From positions 62,001 to 126,000 of the forward strand of contig JBODTK010000010.1 in NCBI GenBank assembly GCA_050613775.1: a stretch of 64,000 nt of DNA, given 5' to 3'. Positions 45,362-63,308 of the stretch are shown piece by piece. Source of the stretch: Neocallimastix sp. 'constans' (Eukaryota). The position numbers were made by a program, and so were the translations under genes. The notes below the pieces were generated by a model that worked only from the letters and a program-made list of their open reading frames with translations, made no database searches and had not been told where the DNA came from. The number at the start of each line of letters is the position of its first letter. The stretch's first letter is position 1.

Positions 45362-46649
45362 TTTTTTTTTTTTTTTTTTTTTGTTTTTTTGTTTTTTTTT
45401 TTTTTTATTGTTGTTGCTATTACTATATAAATTAATAATTTATATTTATATATTATTGTTAAAAATAAATCGTATATATAATTTTTATTCTATTTTTTTT
45501 TTTTTGTTTTTTCAAATACAATTTCAAAAGTTACTACTAAAATAAACTGTTAAAATAAATAATATTAAAATTGATATTTTCCTTTATAATTTTTAAAAAA
45601 TATTTTTTTTTAAAAAAAGTAAAAAAATAATATTTCAAAATAAAATATTTTCTTATTTCTTTTTTTTTTAATGCTACTTTATAAAGGAAATAATTATTTT
45701 CTTAAAATCCTCAAAAACGAACTGGAAACAATTTTCTTTTATATGAAAAAAAAAAAATAAAAAAAAATTAATATGTTTTATTATTTTTATTTATATCTTA
45801 CTATATATATATTTTTTTACACTTTTTTTTTAATTTTTTTTTCTTTGGATTTGCTTAGAACTTTATTTAATATGAATTTCCATTATTATTATTATTATTA
45901 TTTATTATTATTTATTATTATTTATTATTATTTATTATTTATTATTTATTATTATTTATTATTATTTATTATTATGATTAATATTTTTTTTTTGAAACAA
46001 TTTTAATTTTTTGATATAAAAAAAAAATAAAAACAAATTTAATATATACAAAAAAATATATAATAAAGTTAACATGAAAATTTTAAAGTTGCGGATGATA
46101 TAAATAACTTCAGTTAATTTTGTAATACACAGTTTAATACATAATATATAAATATTTTTTTTTCTATTCTAAAATCAAAGATAATATATATTCAAAATAA
46201 AAGATAATATATAATAATATATAATAATATATGTATTACAATCATTATAATAATATTTTAACTTTTTCGGCATTAGCAACATTGCATTAACAACTATTTT
46301 AATAATATTTAAACATTAATAATTAATAACATTTACTTGTAATACATCAACATAATAATACTTAACACATTATAATAATTAATATTTAATAACTGAAACA
46401 AATGGCAAAGATATTTTATTCTATATTATTTTATTTTATTAATATATTTTTTTTCTTTTTTTTTTTTTTTTTTTTTTTTTTGGTTAATCTTTGATTAAAC
46501 TTTAAATCCTTTTTTTTTTATTATATAAATTTAAATTAAATTTAAATAAATTATGATATTCATTTTATTTTTAATATTAAAATATCAGTAGGTGAAAATA
46601 TAAAACATATAATAAAATTTCATTTCTAGATTAATTATTCATGAACTAA

Positions 46650-47330
46650 TTATTTATTTATTATTTATTATTTATTATTTATTATCATTTATTTATTATT
46701 TATTATTTATTATTTATTATTTATTATTTATTATTTATTATTTATTATTTATTATTTATTATTTATTATTTATTATTTATTATTTATTATTTATTATTTA
46801 TTATTTATTATTTATTATTTATTATTTATTATTTATTATTTATTATTTATTATTTATTATTTATTATTTATTATTTATTATTTATTATTTATTATTTATT
46901 ATTTATTATTTATTATTTATTATTTATTATTTATTATTTATTATTTATTATTTAATTATTTATTATTTATTATTTATTATTTATTATTTATTATTTATTA
47001 TTTATTATTTATTATTTATTATTTATTATTTATTATTTATTATTTATTATTTATTATTTATTATTTATTATTTATTATTTATTATTTATTATTTATTATT
47101 TATTATTTATTATTTATTATTTATTATTTATTATTTAATTATTTATTATTTATTATTTATTATTTATTATTTATTATTTATTATTTATTATTTATTATTT
47201 ATTATTTATTATTTATTATTTATTATTTAATTATTTATTATTTATTATTTATTATTTATTATTTATTATTTATTATTTACTATTTATTATTTAATTATTT
47301 ATTATTTAATTATTTATTATTTATTATTAT
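46650..47330. repeat. (TTATTTA)n 7-bp satellite
   Basis: Near-perfect ~680-bp array. Confidence 0.95.
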
Positions 47331-48709
47331 TTATCTAACAATAATTTTCTAAAAAAAAAGATGTACAAATAAAAAATAAATTTTTTCTATTGTCACAAAT
47401 TGAACTTTATTAAATAGAACTTAAATAGAACTTTTAATAAATAGTTAATAAATTTAAAAAAAAAAAAAAGAAAAAAACTTAAAAACATTTATTTTAATTA
47501 AATATTATGAATATTTCAAATTTGAAATTTTAAAAATAATTAGTAAATTAATGTTTATAACTTATTATAATTACAAATAATAATTTAGGGTTAGGGTTAA
47601 CCTTTTTTTTTCATAACCTATTGATTTGATTTTAAAATATTTAACAAGCCTTTTCAAACAAAGTTAATTGATATTTCTTTTAAAATAATTAGTTAGTGCT
47701 CCTTCTTCATATATGTTAATTAATTCAATTTCATAATTTTAAATCCCAATAGGAACTTATCAAAATTAACATTAGATCCATGACATATTATAATTTTATC
47801 TTTGTAAATTGAATTTAATTATTCACTTTTTAATAATTTACAAAAGAAAAAAATTTATAAAAAAAAAAAAAATAAAGAACTCTTTCTTTTATTGTAAAAC
47901 TCTTTTTTTTTTTTTTTCCTCCATCACTTATTTTTTTTACAATGCAAGATTGTTTTTTTTTTTTTTTAAATTGAATAGAATGTACTCATAATAAATAAAA
48001 AATAATAAATAAAAAATATTTATATTTTTTAACAAAAAAAGAAAATACATTAAAAATTTAATTAATTTTATTAAATATAAACACTTATAAAATCAGAAAA
48101 TAACGCTTATATTTTATTATATGTTTATTTATTTGTTATATTGCTTGTTACATTAAGAAAAGACTTTCTTCATTTAGGAGTATGTCATCACCTGTTGTTT
48201 ATAATCATTTTTCTATAATAGCCTAACATTATTGATTAACATTTAATGTTACACTGAATGATGCTATCAAATAAAAATATTTTATAATTAATAAATAATG
48301 TACAATGTAATTAAACAACATAACTGTGTTATTTAGCAATAATAAATGTGCTATTGTTATCATTAGGGTTAGAAATAATGCATATTATTAATATATTATT
48401 ATTTACTCCTTTAATATCATGTGTATTTATATGGTATATATATATATATATCTTTTTTATAGATGTTACGCTTTATTAATAAAGAATGTAATTTAAAAAT
48501 ATTAAATGATTTTTTATAATAATATTAATAATTTTTATTTTTTTTTTTTATATATTTTCTTATTTAGTTTTCAATTTATGATTAATTTTTATATCATTTT
48601 TATATTTATTTTTATTCTAATACATTTCGATTAACAAAAAATTAAAAATATAAAAATATAATATAATAAATTTGGATTTTAAAAAATTTTATTATTTTAT
48701 TTTTTATTA

Positions 48710-48930
48710 TTTTAAATTTTAAATTTTTAGTAGTAAATTCCATTCATGACTTTTTGTGAAAATATTTTTGATATAATTAAAATAAAATAATTAATAATAG
48801 ACTAATCATCATCAATTAACAATAAATTTTAAATTTTTAGTAGCAAATTCCATTCAGGACCCTTTGTGAAAGTATTAATTCATCTGATTAAAAATAAAAT
48901 ATTTAATTATCATCAATTAACAATAAAATA
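48710..48930. repeat. ~110-bp diverged tandem duplication
   Basis: ttttaaatttttagtag(t/c)aaattccattca(t/g)gac..tttgtgaa...catcaattaacaataaa occurs twice. Confidence 0.8.
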
Positions 48931-49386
48931 AATTTTATTTAATTTAATTTATTAATATAATTAAATTAAATTTAAAAAAATAAATGGTTTATTCTAGAAA
49001 AGATTTTTTTTTTTTTTTAAATTTTAATAATTATTTTAATTGATGAATTCTTTAATTAATAATTAATTCAGATTTTTTTTTTTTTTAAAAAAAAAAAATA
49101 ACAATAACAATAACAATAACAATAATAATAATAATAATAATATAAAAAAAAAAAATTTTTAAAAATTTTCTAAAAAATTATTATTTATAAATTTAATTTC
49201 TATTTCTATAAAAGTCTACACCTTAACTATCATCTAAATTAAATTTTTATAACTCAAAATATATAAATATATATATTTTTGCTTTCTTCATCAATATTAC
49301 AATTATTATATATATATATTAGTAATATAAAATTATAAAAAGAGGAATAGGATATTGATATTTAAGAAAAATGAAAAAAATTATTA

Positions 49387-49418
<32 letters not shown>

Positions 49419-49880
49419 AAATATAATAAAAAATATAAAAATATATATATAAAAAAAAGATAGTATTTATTTACTTTTGTTTGTTAATAATTTCTATATA
49501 ATAAATAATTACTACTATATATATGAAAAAGAATTGAAGTATAAAATAGTTTAAAAATATATATATTATAAAATATATATATTATATTATATCATATAAA
49601 TATATATAAAAATAAAAATAAAAACAGATAATTATAATAATTGGTAAAATAATAATTATTGTTTTGGTAAATTAAAAGAAAAATATTTTTCATTGGTTTT
49701 CTATTTATTTGATTCATATTTCTTATATATATATATATATTTTCATTTTTTTTTTTTTCTATTATGAAGAGGTCTAAATCTTCCATTAACATTAAATATT
49801 GGTATCACATTATTAATAAAAATAATAATATATTTTGTTATTATTATTATTATTTTTTTTTTTCCTTTTCCTCTTCTTAA

Positions 49881-49923
<43 letters not shown>

Positions 49924-50202
49924 GTAAATGATAGTTATTTGATATATATTTATGGTTAACGATAGTTATTTGTTATATTTTTTTGGTTAATGATAGTTAT
50001 TTGATTTAAATTTTTTTTTTTTTTTTTTTTTTTTGGTTAACAATAGTTATTTTTGATTTATATTAAAATTGTCATATAGATTTACAAAAAAAAAAAAAAA
50101 TTATTATTTACCATTATTATAATATCTTAATAAAATGAATAATCCTGATATGAAGGAATATAAATCTAAAATAAAAATAAAAAAAAGAAAAAAATATAAA
50201 AA

Positions 50203-50233
<31 letters not shown>

Positions 50234-50270
50234 GTATATATATAAAATAAAAGCTAAAATGAATCAATTA

Positions 50271-50301
<31 letters not shown>

Positions 50302-50651
50302 ATTATTATAATTATTATTTTCGTTGATGTTTTATTGTTGTTTTGAAGTTAAAATAATAAATCAATCAATAAAATATAATAAAAATAATAATAATAATAA
50401 TTATAAAATAACTTAAAAAGAATAAAAAATATTGAATTTTTATTTTATTTTTATATATATACATATATATATTTATATATTTTAATAGATATATAATAAT
50501 AAAAAATTATTTAATATGAAAATTTATTTAATAAAAAAAAAAATTATAAAAAAAAAAAATAAAATAAAACAAAAATTAAAATTATAATAAAAATAAAAAA
50601 CAAAAAATAAAAAAATAAAAAATAAAAAAATAAAAAAATTATTTATTATTT

Positions 50652-54168
<3,517 letters not shown>

Positions 54169-57100
54169 TTTAATTTAAATAATGAATAAATAAAACCCTT
54201 TATTAAAATATTAAGTTTTTTTTTTTTTTTTTTTATAAAATATATATATATGTATATATATATATTATTAATATCTTTAAAAATATAATTTTAAAATTAA
54301 CTTTTTTTTTAAAAAATATTAAAATATTTAAAATAAAATTTTTAAGTCCTTAAAAAAAAATTTTTTTGACGTAATAAATATTTCTAATAATACATATATT
54401 ATAGATTATATTTATATTAATATTTTTTATATTATTTTTATTATTATTTTATTATTATTTTATTATTTATTTATTATTTATATTCTATATAATATTTATT
54501 TATTTATTTATTATAATTTAATGTTTATATTATTCTTTATATTCTTTATTTATTTATTATTTATTATTTACTATTTATTATTTATTATTTATTATTTATT
54601 ATATATTATTTATTAATTATTATTTATTAATTATTATTTATTAATTATTACTTAATTATTTATTATTATTTAAGTCATTAAAATTAATACTAATTAAAAT
54701 TATTTATTAATTAAATTCTATTATATAATTTAATTTAAAATTATATTAAAATAAATTTATTTATATGATGTCATGTTAAAATTTTAAATACATAAAATGA
54801 AACACAATATATTAAATATAGTTTGGAAATCCATTAAAATTTTAATTTTAAAACCTTATTTTTTAAAAAATAAAAAAAAAAAAGGTAATAATATAAAATA
54901 AAAATTTTAAAAAATAAAATAAAATTATTAAAACTTTAAAATATATTTATGGATTTTTTTTTTTTTTTTTTTTAATTTATATATTATAATTTAGAATAAA
55001 ATGAATTATATTCCTTTTATCTATTTTATACATATATAATTTCTATAACTATATATAAAATTTTATTTATACATGAAATATTTAATAAAAATTGGATAAA
55101 TTATTTGGAATGAAGGAGAAATTAAAAAAATATAGAAATTATATAGAAAAATGTTAGGTAAATTAAAAATTATATAAATATTTAATAATTTAGTAGGAAT
55201 TAAAAATATTTTTATAATTATAAAACTAATATGATTAAAATTATTTTTTTAAGTGTATTGGATATTTATATTCAAATATAATTAGTAATTAATTTAGACA
55301 GAATTTTTTTTTCTTTAGATTTTTTAAAAAATAAGATTCTAATAATTAATCTTATTAATCCATAACTTATAATTATATAATCAATTGGATTTTAATTAAA
55401 TAAACTCTATATTTTTTATTTCTTAAATGCATTTAATTTAATTCTATTATAATTAATAATAATTATAAAATTTGTTTTTTTTTTGCAAAAGTTAATATAA
55501 ATATATTAACATCTCATAATATAGTATGATTAATCACTTTATTATTCATTTAAATTTATAAATCAATTATAAATTCGAATTAAATCTTTATAATTCATTA
55601 TAATATATTTTATTTTTTCCAAAGTTTATTTTAAAATGAAAAATATATTATCATTTATAAAAATATGACAATGATAGATTAACATATAATTATAATTATA
55701 AATGTATATTTATTTTTCCAATAATTAAATATTTATATAATATTGATATAAAAAAAATTAACAATTATTCAAGTTAACTTTTACTTTTAAATTTTTTTAT
55801 ATAATTTTTTTTTATTTTATAATGAATTTACAATTTATAATAGTTATATTAAATATAATATATTCAAATCTTGAATATATATATTTTAAAATTTGAATGA
55901 TTAATAAAAAAATAGAAATTTTATTACTTTTTATATATTTTAAATCTACTGTTAATTATATTAAAAGTTTTTATAAAATTTTATATGTATGTGAAATTTC
56001 TTTTTTTTAATTTTTTATATTTCATTTATTAAAACGGCTAGAGTATTTTTATAATAATAATCAAAGAATTTTTAATACTCTCTTTGATTAAATATGATTA
56101 AATGTTAAATTTTTAGATATTTTAATATAATAAATTATATATTAAACGAGTTTAGCAAGAAATGTTTTAATAAAATTAAAAAAAAAAAAAAAAAAAAAAC
56201 TATAAATTGATAAAATGATAAATAAACAAAAATATTTTAATTTCATAATATATTAAACCAATGAAAAGAACGTTATATTGAAGAATTAATAATTATTAAA
56301 AAATTTTTTTTTTTCTTTTGTTATACTAAAAACAAATGATATATCATTATATATATATTTATTTTTTATAATTTTATGTACAACATATTTAAAATATTAT
56401 AAGACTTTTATTTTATTTTTGTTTTTATTTTTTTATAAGAATTGATATGATTCTATATTTTAATGAGTTAATAGGGAATGAATTTTAATAATTATTTTTA
56501 TTAATAAATAATATCATAATTTTGAAAATTTTGTATCAGTATTTACAATTTTTTTTTTTTAATTTAATGTATTAAATAAAAAATAAATAGTTAGGTAGTA
56601 CAAAAAAGTTAGGAATTAAAAAAAAAACTTAAAATAAAATAGTGGATCTTATAACAAATAAAATTATAAAAATATATAATAAAAAAGAATAAAAGAGTTA
56701 ATAGCCAATGATTATTAATAGACATATTATTTATTTTATTATACTTTTAATAAATTTTTATTTTATCTTATTATATTTTAACTAATAATAAATCATTCTT
56801 CTAATAGATAATAGATAAAAAAAAACATAAATGAAAATTAATAATAAAATTTATTAAATGAATAAATAAATATTTTCTTTTAGTTGAATTATTATTATTA
56901 ATTTAATCTAGGAAAATATTTAAAATATTTATTCATTTAATAATCAATAATTTTTTTGTGCTACCATCATTTAAAATTTTAAAACTTTATATTATATAAG
57001 ATATAAGAATTAAAAATTTTTTTTTTAATATATTTATAATAATTATAATTTATTATTAAAAAATATTATTATAATTAATTAAATTATAATTTTAATTAAT

Positions 57101-57605
57101 TATAATAATTTTTTTATTTCTATTTTTGTATATATATTATATATATATTTTTTATTTTTTATTTTTTATTTTTTTAATTTAATTTTTGTTTCTGAACAAA
57201 TAATATTTTATTATATTATTAACTTTATTTAAATTTTATTTCTTAATTAGACTTTTTTTTTTTTTTTTTGTATTAATTTTTTTTTTAAAAAAATAAAAAA
57301 AGTAAAATAAAAATAAAAAATGAAGTTGAACTAAAAAAAATAAAAGATAAAAAAAAAATAAAAAAAAAATAAACAAAATAAAAATAAACAAAATAAAATA
57401 AACAAAAAAATAATAAATAAATAAAAGTATTCAAAATATAAAAGAAATAGATATTAAAAATATATATATGTTATATATATATATATATATATTTTTAACA
57501 AAAAAATAAAAATTATATAAATTAATATATAGCTTATATAATATTAATAATAATTCATATTAAATATATTTGAAATTTTAAGGTTTTTCATATAAATGAT
57601 TAAAT

Positions 57606-59627
57606 ATGAAAAATATAAATTTAATTTTTTTTTTAATTACAATTAACTATTTTATTATTGCTTCAGCAAGCAATAATAATTATATTATTTCAATTAGAAG
57701 AAGTAAAGAGGATGCAGATTATGATGAAGTAAGTAAAAAAATTCGATATGAAATTGATGAATTAGTTAATGATAGAATGAATGATATTTATGATATTATC
57801 AGCAATAATGAAAATACATATGTTTTAGAGGATGGAAAAATTGATGAAAAGTTAAATGAACTTTCTTCATCAAAGCTGAAAAAACGTAATGAAAGAAATT
57901 CAAAATTTAGATTTATAAGTGGAAATGGACCACAAAAAAGTTTTAGTAGTAATAAACGTTCTTTGGATCCTGAGAATGAAGAAATTGAAATTGAATCTGA
58001 ATTAGTTACTCATATTTGCCCAACTTTAAATTATTATATAGTGAGTGCTTATCTTTCGGATGAAATTGTTGAGAAAGTTAAGAAATTACCTAATGTTATA
58101 AATATACAAAAATCGGAAGATGTCAAAAATACACATATTGATAAAAGAGATAATGTATATTATGATAGGAACGCTATATTAGAAGAAACACAATGGTCAG
58201 ATTTAAAAGTTCAAGATAATATTTTGGATCCATTTTTTTACCATATCTCTATAGTATCACAAGGTAAATATCAAGAAATTAATGGGCAATATGATAATAA
58301 TTATTATTATCCTTCTTCTGCAGGAAAAGGAATTGATATCTTTTTTATAGATGAAGGTCTTTGGACTCAACATGATGATTTTGCTAATACCAATGAACGT
58401 ACTGTAACATGTGATGCTACCATTTATGACAATACTGTTTTCGACCTAAAAGATAAAAATGTGAAGAGTTGCTATGTTGCAAAGGATGAAAATAAAAATC
58501 TTGTATTCGGTGAGCGTTCAAGACACGGTACAGCAATGGCATCCATAGCCGCTGGAACTCTCGTTGGTACCGCTAAAAAAGCAAATATACATGTAATAGC
58601 ACAAGTCTATTCCACAGAAGAATTGTTATTGGGTTTAGATTACGTAAAGCGCCATTCAAAACCCTATAAAACAGTTCTTAATTTGTCAATTGGTGGTATA
58701 GTAGTATATAGCCAAGCTTTACAAGATAAAATTAATGAATTAACAAAGAATAATATTATTTTAGTGGCATCAGCAGGAAATTTTGATGGAGAAGTCTGTA
58801 CAGCCAGAGAAGAAAAAAATAGTAAAGGTGAAAAAATATTAAAGAAAAATGTTTTTTCAGGTTATGATAATATTATATCAGTCGGATCAACTTGGGATGG
58901 TTATAACATGGATTTAGGCAATCCTTATAAGTACGCAGATTTTTCAAATTATGGAAAATGCATTAGTATTTTCGGTCCTGGTAATGTAGTTGCTGCCGAT
59001 GCTTTAAATAATGGTCATTATTTAGCACAAGGAACTTCTGCTTCTACTGCATTAGTTTCTGGTATTATTGCTACATTAATGTCGGACGATCCACAAACTA
59101 AATATACTACTTCTTCAATGTTAAATAAATTGATTAATCTTTCACTTAAAAATGTTATAAAGGATTTACCTGCTAATACACCTAATAGATTTATTAATAA
59201 TGGAAAGAATAGTGTATATTATTCTGGCCCAACTACTGTAATTTCAAAGGTACAATATAGATGTGGACCTTCTTATGGGGCCTGTGCTGAATCTGGAACA
59301 TGTTGTAGTGAATATGGCTATTGTGGTGATACCGATGCATACTGTGGTAAAGGCTGTCAACCATATTATGGTATTTGTTCAGCAGCATCATCCACTAAGC
59401 AAAAGAAAACTACTACTACCACTAAGAAGAAAACTACGACTACTAAGAAGAAAACAACTACTACTACTAAAAGAAAAATTCCAACCTCAACCGTTTCTTA
59501 TAGATGTGGACCTGATTATGGTGCTTGTGCCAATTCAAAATTATGTTGTAGTCAATATGGCTATTGTGGTAGCACTAGTGAATACTGTGGTAAAGGTTGT
59601 CAATCCTTATACGGTGTTTGTAATTAA
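57606..59627 (+). CDS. Secreted subtilisin-like (S8) serine protease with prodomain and two C-terminal CBM18 domains
   Basis: Signal peptide; I9-like propeptide (YLSDEIVEKVKKLPNVINIQK) with KR sites; triad FFIDEG / HGTAMAS / GTSAS; oxyanion SAGN; ADFSNYG; two CBM18 domains (CCSEYGYCG, CCSQYGYCG) joined by a K/T linker. Intronless. Confidence 0.93.
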   Translation: MKNINLIFFLITINYFIIASASNNNYIISIRRSKEDADYDEVSKKIRYEIDELVNDRMNDIYDIISNNENTYVLEDGKIDEKLNELSSSKLKKRNERNSKFRFISGNGPQKSFSSNKRSLDPENEEIEIESELVTHICPTLNYYIVSAYLSDEIVEKVKKLPNVINIQKSEDVKNTHIDKRDNVYYDRNAILEETQWSDLKVQDNILDPFFYHISIVSQGKYQEINGQYDNNYYYPSSAGKGIDIFFIDEGLWTQHDDFANTNERTVTCDATIYDNTVFDLKDKNVKSCYVAKDENKNLVFGERSRHGTAMASIAAGTLVGTAKKANIHVIAQVYSTEELLLGLDYVKRHSKPYKTVLNLSIGGIVVYSQALQDKINELTKNNIILVASAGNFDGEVCTAREEKNSKGEKILKKNVFSGYDNIISVGSTWDGYNMDLGNPYKYADFSNYGKCISIFGPGNVVAADALNNGHYLAQGTSASTALVSGIIATLMSDDPQTKYTTSSMLNKLINLSLKNVIKDLPANTPNRFINNGKNSVYYSGPTTVISKVQYRCGPSYGACAESGTCCSEYGYCGDTDAYCGKGCQPYYGICSAASSTKQKKTTTTTKKKTTTTKKKTTTTTKRKIPTSTVSYRCGPDYGACANSKLCCSQYGYCGSTSEYCGKGCQSLYGVCN

Positions 59628-60883
59628 ATAAATAATTTTTTTTTTTTAAAAAAAAAAAAGTAATAATAATAATAATAAAGTAACATAAAATAATAATAAT
59701 AATATAATAAAATAACATAAAATAATAAAATAATAAAAATAATAAATTAAATTAAATTAAAAATAATAAAAAATAAAAAAAAAATAATTTGAAAATTGTT
59801 GAAGTTGTATATAATTTAATTAAATATCAAAATACTAATAATAGTATATAATTTAATTAAAAAATATTATAATAATAATATATATAATTAAGGAAGAAAA
59901 TAAAGAAATTTAAAATTTAGATATATTAATGAAATATATTAAATTTTGTATTATTTTATATAATAATGTAAAATTTAATATATTTAAAGAAAAAATATTT
60001 TTTAATTTCAAAAAAATTTATTAAAATAAAAAAAAAATTAAAATAAAAATAAACAAAGATAAATAAATAGTTTAATTTAAATATTATTTAGATTAAAAAA
60101 TAAAAAGAATTATATAAAAAAAAATTTAGATAATAAAATATAAAAAGAATTATATAAAAAAAAATTTAGATAATAAAATAAATAAGTAAAAATAAAGAAA
60201 AAAAATTATATAAAAAAAAATTTAGATAATAAAATAAATAATAAGTAAAAATAAAAAAAAAAAAATGTATATAATAAGAATTATAACAAAAAAAAAAAAA
60301 AAAAAATTAGATAATAAAATAAATAATTTAATATAATGTGCATCTATGATATAAAGTCATAGACTTTATATGATATTAAAATATGATCATATAATTTTAA
60401 TTAAATCTATACATTATCCATATCAATTTAATAAAAAGTGTTTTGTTTAATAGAGATTGAAATGTAAATATAATAAATGATAAATACAGATTCAAAATAT
60501 AAAAAAATTTAATAGTACATCTTAAAAAAAAAAAAAAAAAAACTTGAAAAATTGATTATTCATTAGTAATTATGTCATTATATACCATTTTAATCATTAA
60601 TATATTGGCAACACCTTTTGAAAATTTTAATAATATTTGTACTGAATGACCTAATTAAAAAAAAACTTCAAAATATTTCAATTTTCAAGGGGTTAGATGA
60701 AATATTAATATAGTTCATAATTTAATTTTATATATTTTTAATAATATAGCATCAACATAAAATAATATATAATAAGATTTAAAGGTAATATTTTATACTA
60801 ATTAATAATAAATTAAAATGTAATTTTAATATAACTTTAAAGAATATAAAAATATAATTTAATATAAATTTCCTAAAACATAA

Positions 60884-61654
60884 TGATATACAACTCAAAA
60901 GTTCGATGTACTTTTGTTGGGATTTATTTATTAAATTTATTAATTTATTATTTATTTATTTATTTTTTTTTTTTTTTTTTTTTTTTTTATAGACTGAAGA
61001 CTTTGGTCTTCCCCATATAGTAATATGGGTGTATGATTAACTGCCATACCGGTACGGCGTCAACGCTCTCAACTCCCCATAAGCAAAGAAACTCCATATA
61101 GAAGCACCCTACGCGATCCTCGAGGGAAAGCAGAGCCAACTATAGGTGGCGTCCTTGCCATTTATTTATTTAATTTTACATAAAAACTACATATAATTAA
61201 AAAGGCTATTTAACAACTTTCTTATACTTTCAATTACAAACTAACTTAACATTACTAAACATAATATAACTTTTAATATTAACTAGAATTAACATAACAG
61301 CGACTCGACAACACTTCTCTTAATTCAGAGAAATGCTTTATTTTTATGTTATTTAGTTATAATTAACTATTTAATTAATTGTTCTTGTGATTAGAATAAA
61401 CTATTAATAATTATTATTTAAGGAAATATTTAATAACTATATAAACATAAAATAATAAGAATATAATTAAAACATTGATTTATTCTATAAAATTTATTAT
61501 TTATTATAAATATAATTAATATATAGAAATCAAGCCACATATTGGAATTGTTGTAAAATCATTAGATTTAAATTTGATTTATGACATTAATTTATGTTTG
61601 AATAATAAAAACTATTTTATATTAATTAAGGTTTGAATATTTCATTTTATATCA
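60884..61654. mobile_element. Solo-LTR-like element (TGATATA...TATATCA) with a 4-bp TSD (ATAA)
   Basis: Filled site ...acATAA[TGATATA...TATATCA]ATAAattttttaacat versus empty site ...acATAAattttttaacat at ~62436-62453. Confidence 0.8.
60963..61160 (-). mobile_element. Poly(A)-tailed GC-rich retro-insert (SINE-like or 5'-truncated LINE 3' end) nested in the solo LTR
   Basis: A 26-nt T run (60963-60988) adjoins a ~170-bp island of roughly 50% GC. It sits in the (TTTA)n tract and is absent from the second LTR copy. Confidence 0.7.
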
Positions 61655-61744
61655 ATAAATTTTTTAACATTTGTACTAATTTCTTTTTTGTTTTTTTTCA
61701 TAAAATTTACTTTATATCTTGAAAATTTTTTATCAATAATTATA

Positions 61745-61781
61745 AATAATAATAATAATAATAAAATAATAATAATAATAA

Positions 61782-61848
<67 letters not shown>

Positions 61849-61937
61849 GATTGTATTTTTAATAATAATAATAATAATAATAAAAAGATTGTATTTTTAA
61901 TAATAATAATAATAATAATAATAAAAAGATTGTATTT

Positions 61938-61971
<34 letters not shown>

Positions 61972-62136
61972 GATTGTATTTTTAATAATAATAATAATAA
62001 TAATAATAAAAAGATTGTATTTTTAATAATAATAATAATAATAATAAAAAGATTGTATTTTTAATAATAATAATAATAATAATAAAAAGATTGTATTTTT
62101 AATAATAATAATAATAATAATAAAAAGATTGTATTT

Positions 62137-62179
<43 letters not shown>

Positions 62180-62220
62180 GATTGTATTTTTAATAATAAT
62201 AATAATAATAATAAATAATA
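61745..62220. repeat. Compound minisatellite (AAT)n-AAAAAGATTGTATTTTT
   Basis: About 9 units with a variable AAT count. Confidence 0.9.
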
Positions 62221-63308
62221 TATAATAATAAAAATTTCAATTTTCAAGGGGTTAGATGTACTATTAATATAGATCATAATTTAATTTTATATATTTTTAA
62301 TAATATAACTAAAACATAAATAATATATAATAAGATTTAAAGGTAATATTTTATACTAATTAATAATAAATAAAAATGTAATTTTAAAATAACTTTAAAG
62401 AATATAAAAATATAATTTAATATAAATTTCCTAATACATAAATTTTTTAACATTTGTACTCATTTTCTTTTTTGTTATTTTTCATAAAATTTACTTTATA
62501 TCTTGAAAAATTTTTATCAATAATTATAAATAATAAATAATAATAATAATAAATTATATATAATAATAATAAATAAATAATATAATAATATATAATAATT
62601 AATGTATAATAAATAATAAATAATAAAATAAAAAAAAAAAATGATAAGATTTAATTTTGAAAATTTATAAGTTCTCCAAAAAGCTAAAAAAAAAAAGGGG
62701 CTGAAACCAATAGATGTACAAACATGAAATAAAAAAAAATTTATACAAAATGAGAATGATACGTTATATTTAAAAATAAAACATATGATCTAATTTTGTA
62801 TATTAATCTATTATTAAATATTAATATTATTGATGATGTAAATTCAATTGGTAAAATTTAATTTAATTGCAAAAAAAAATTTTTCTAAAAATTAAATAAA
62901 ATTTATTTATATTTAATTAGAGTTTAAATCAATATACATATAATATACAATGGAATAATATGATAAAGTATGAAGTTCAGGTTCGGTTCTTTTAAGGTTT
63001 ATTCTTTATTTGGGGGATATAATTTATATGTTTTATAAAATTATTTTATTTAAATTTGATTTATTTAGAATTATATTTACTTATCATTATTTAAAATGTA
63101 AACTAACATTTATTCCTAAAATTAATATTTATTTTCATATTTTGATCTCAAGAATTACTATAATCTATAAAAATATATAAATTAATTTCTAATATAAATA
63201 CAATAAAAACTAGATTAATACATAAATTTATGCTTTTACACCATTTCTTAATTAACATAAATTTATTATTAATTAGAGTTTTTATTTCTATTTCATATCA
63301 AATACAAA

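Larger units (their letters stand above)
60670..62535. repeat. Direct duplication of a ~300-bp unit; copy 1 is interrupted by a solo-LTR-like element, copy 2 is the empty site
   Basis: 60680-60883 matches 62240-62441 and 61655-61750 matches 62438-62535. These two halves are contiguous in copy 2. Confidence 0.88.

Noticed and set aside
47585..47600. TTAGGGTTAGGGTT telomere-like motif
   Set aside because: Only two units and internal, so too short to call an interstitial telomere.
47600..48420. Slightly GC-richer patches that might be gene relics
   Set aside because: No recognisable peptide motif or internal homologue could be found by eye.
60994..61095. Hammerhead ribozyme (CTGAAGA ... GAAAC) in the retro-insert
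   Set aside because: Stem II register is off, no stem I/III with an NUH site could be built, and the motif lies on the strand opposite the poly(A) transcript. An Infernal search would settle it.
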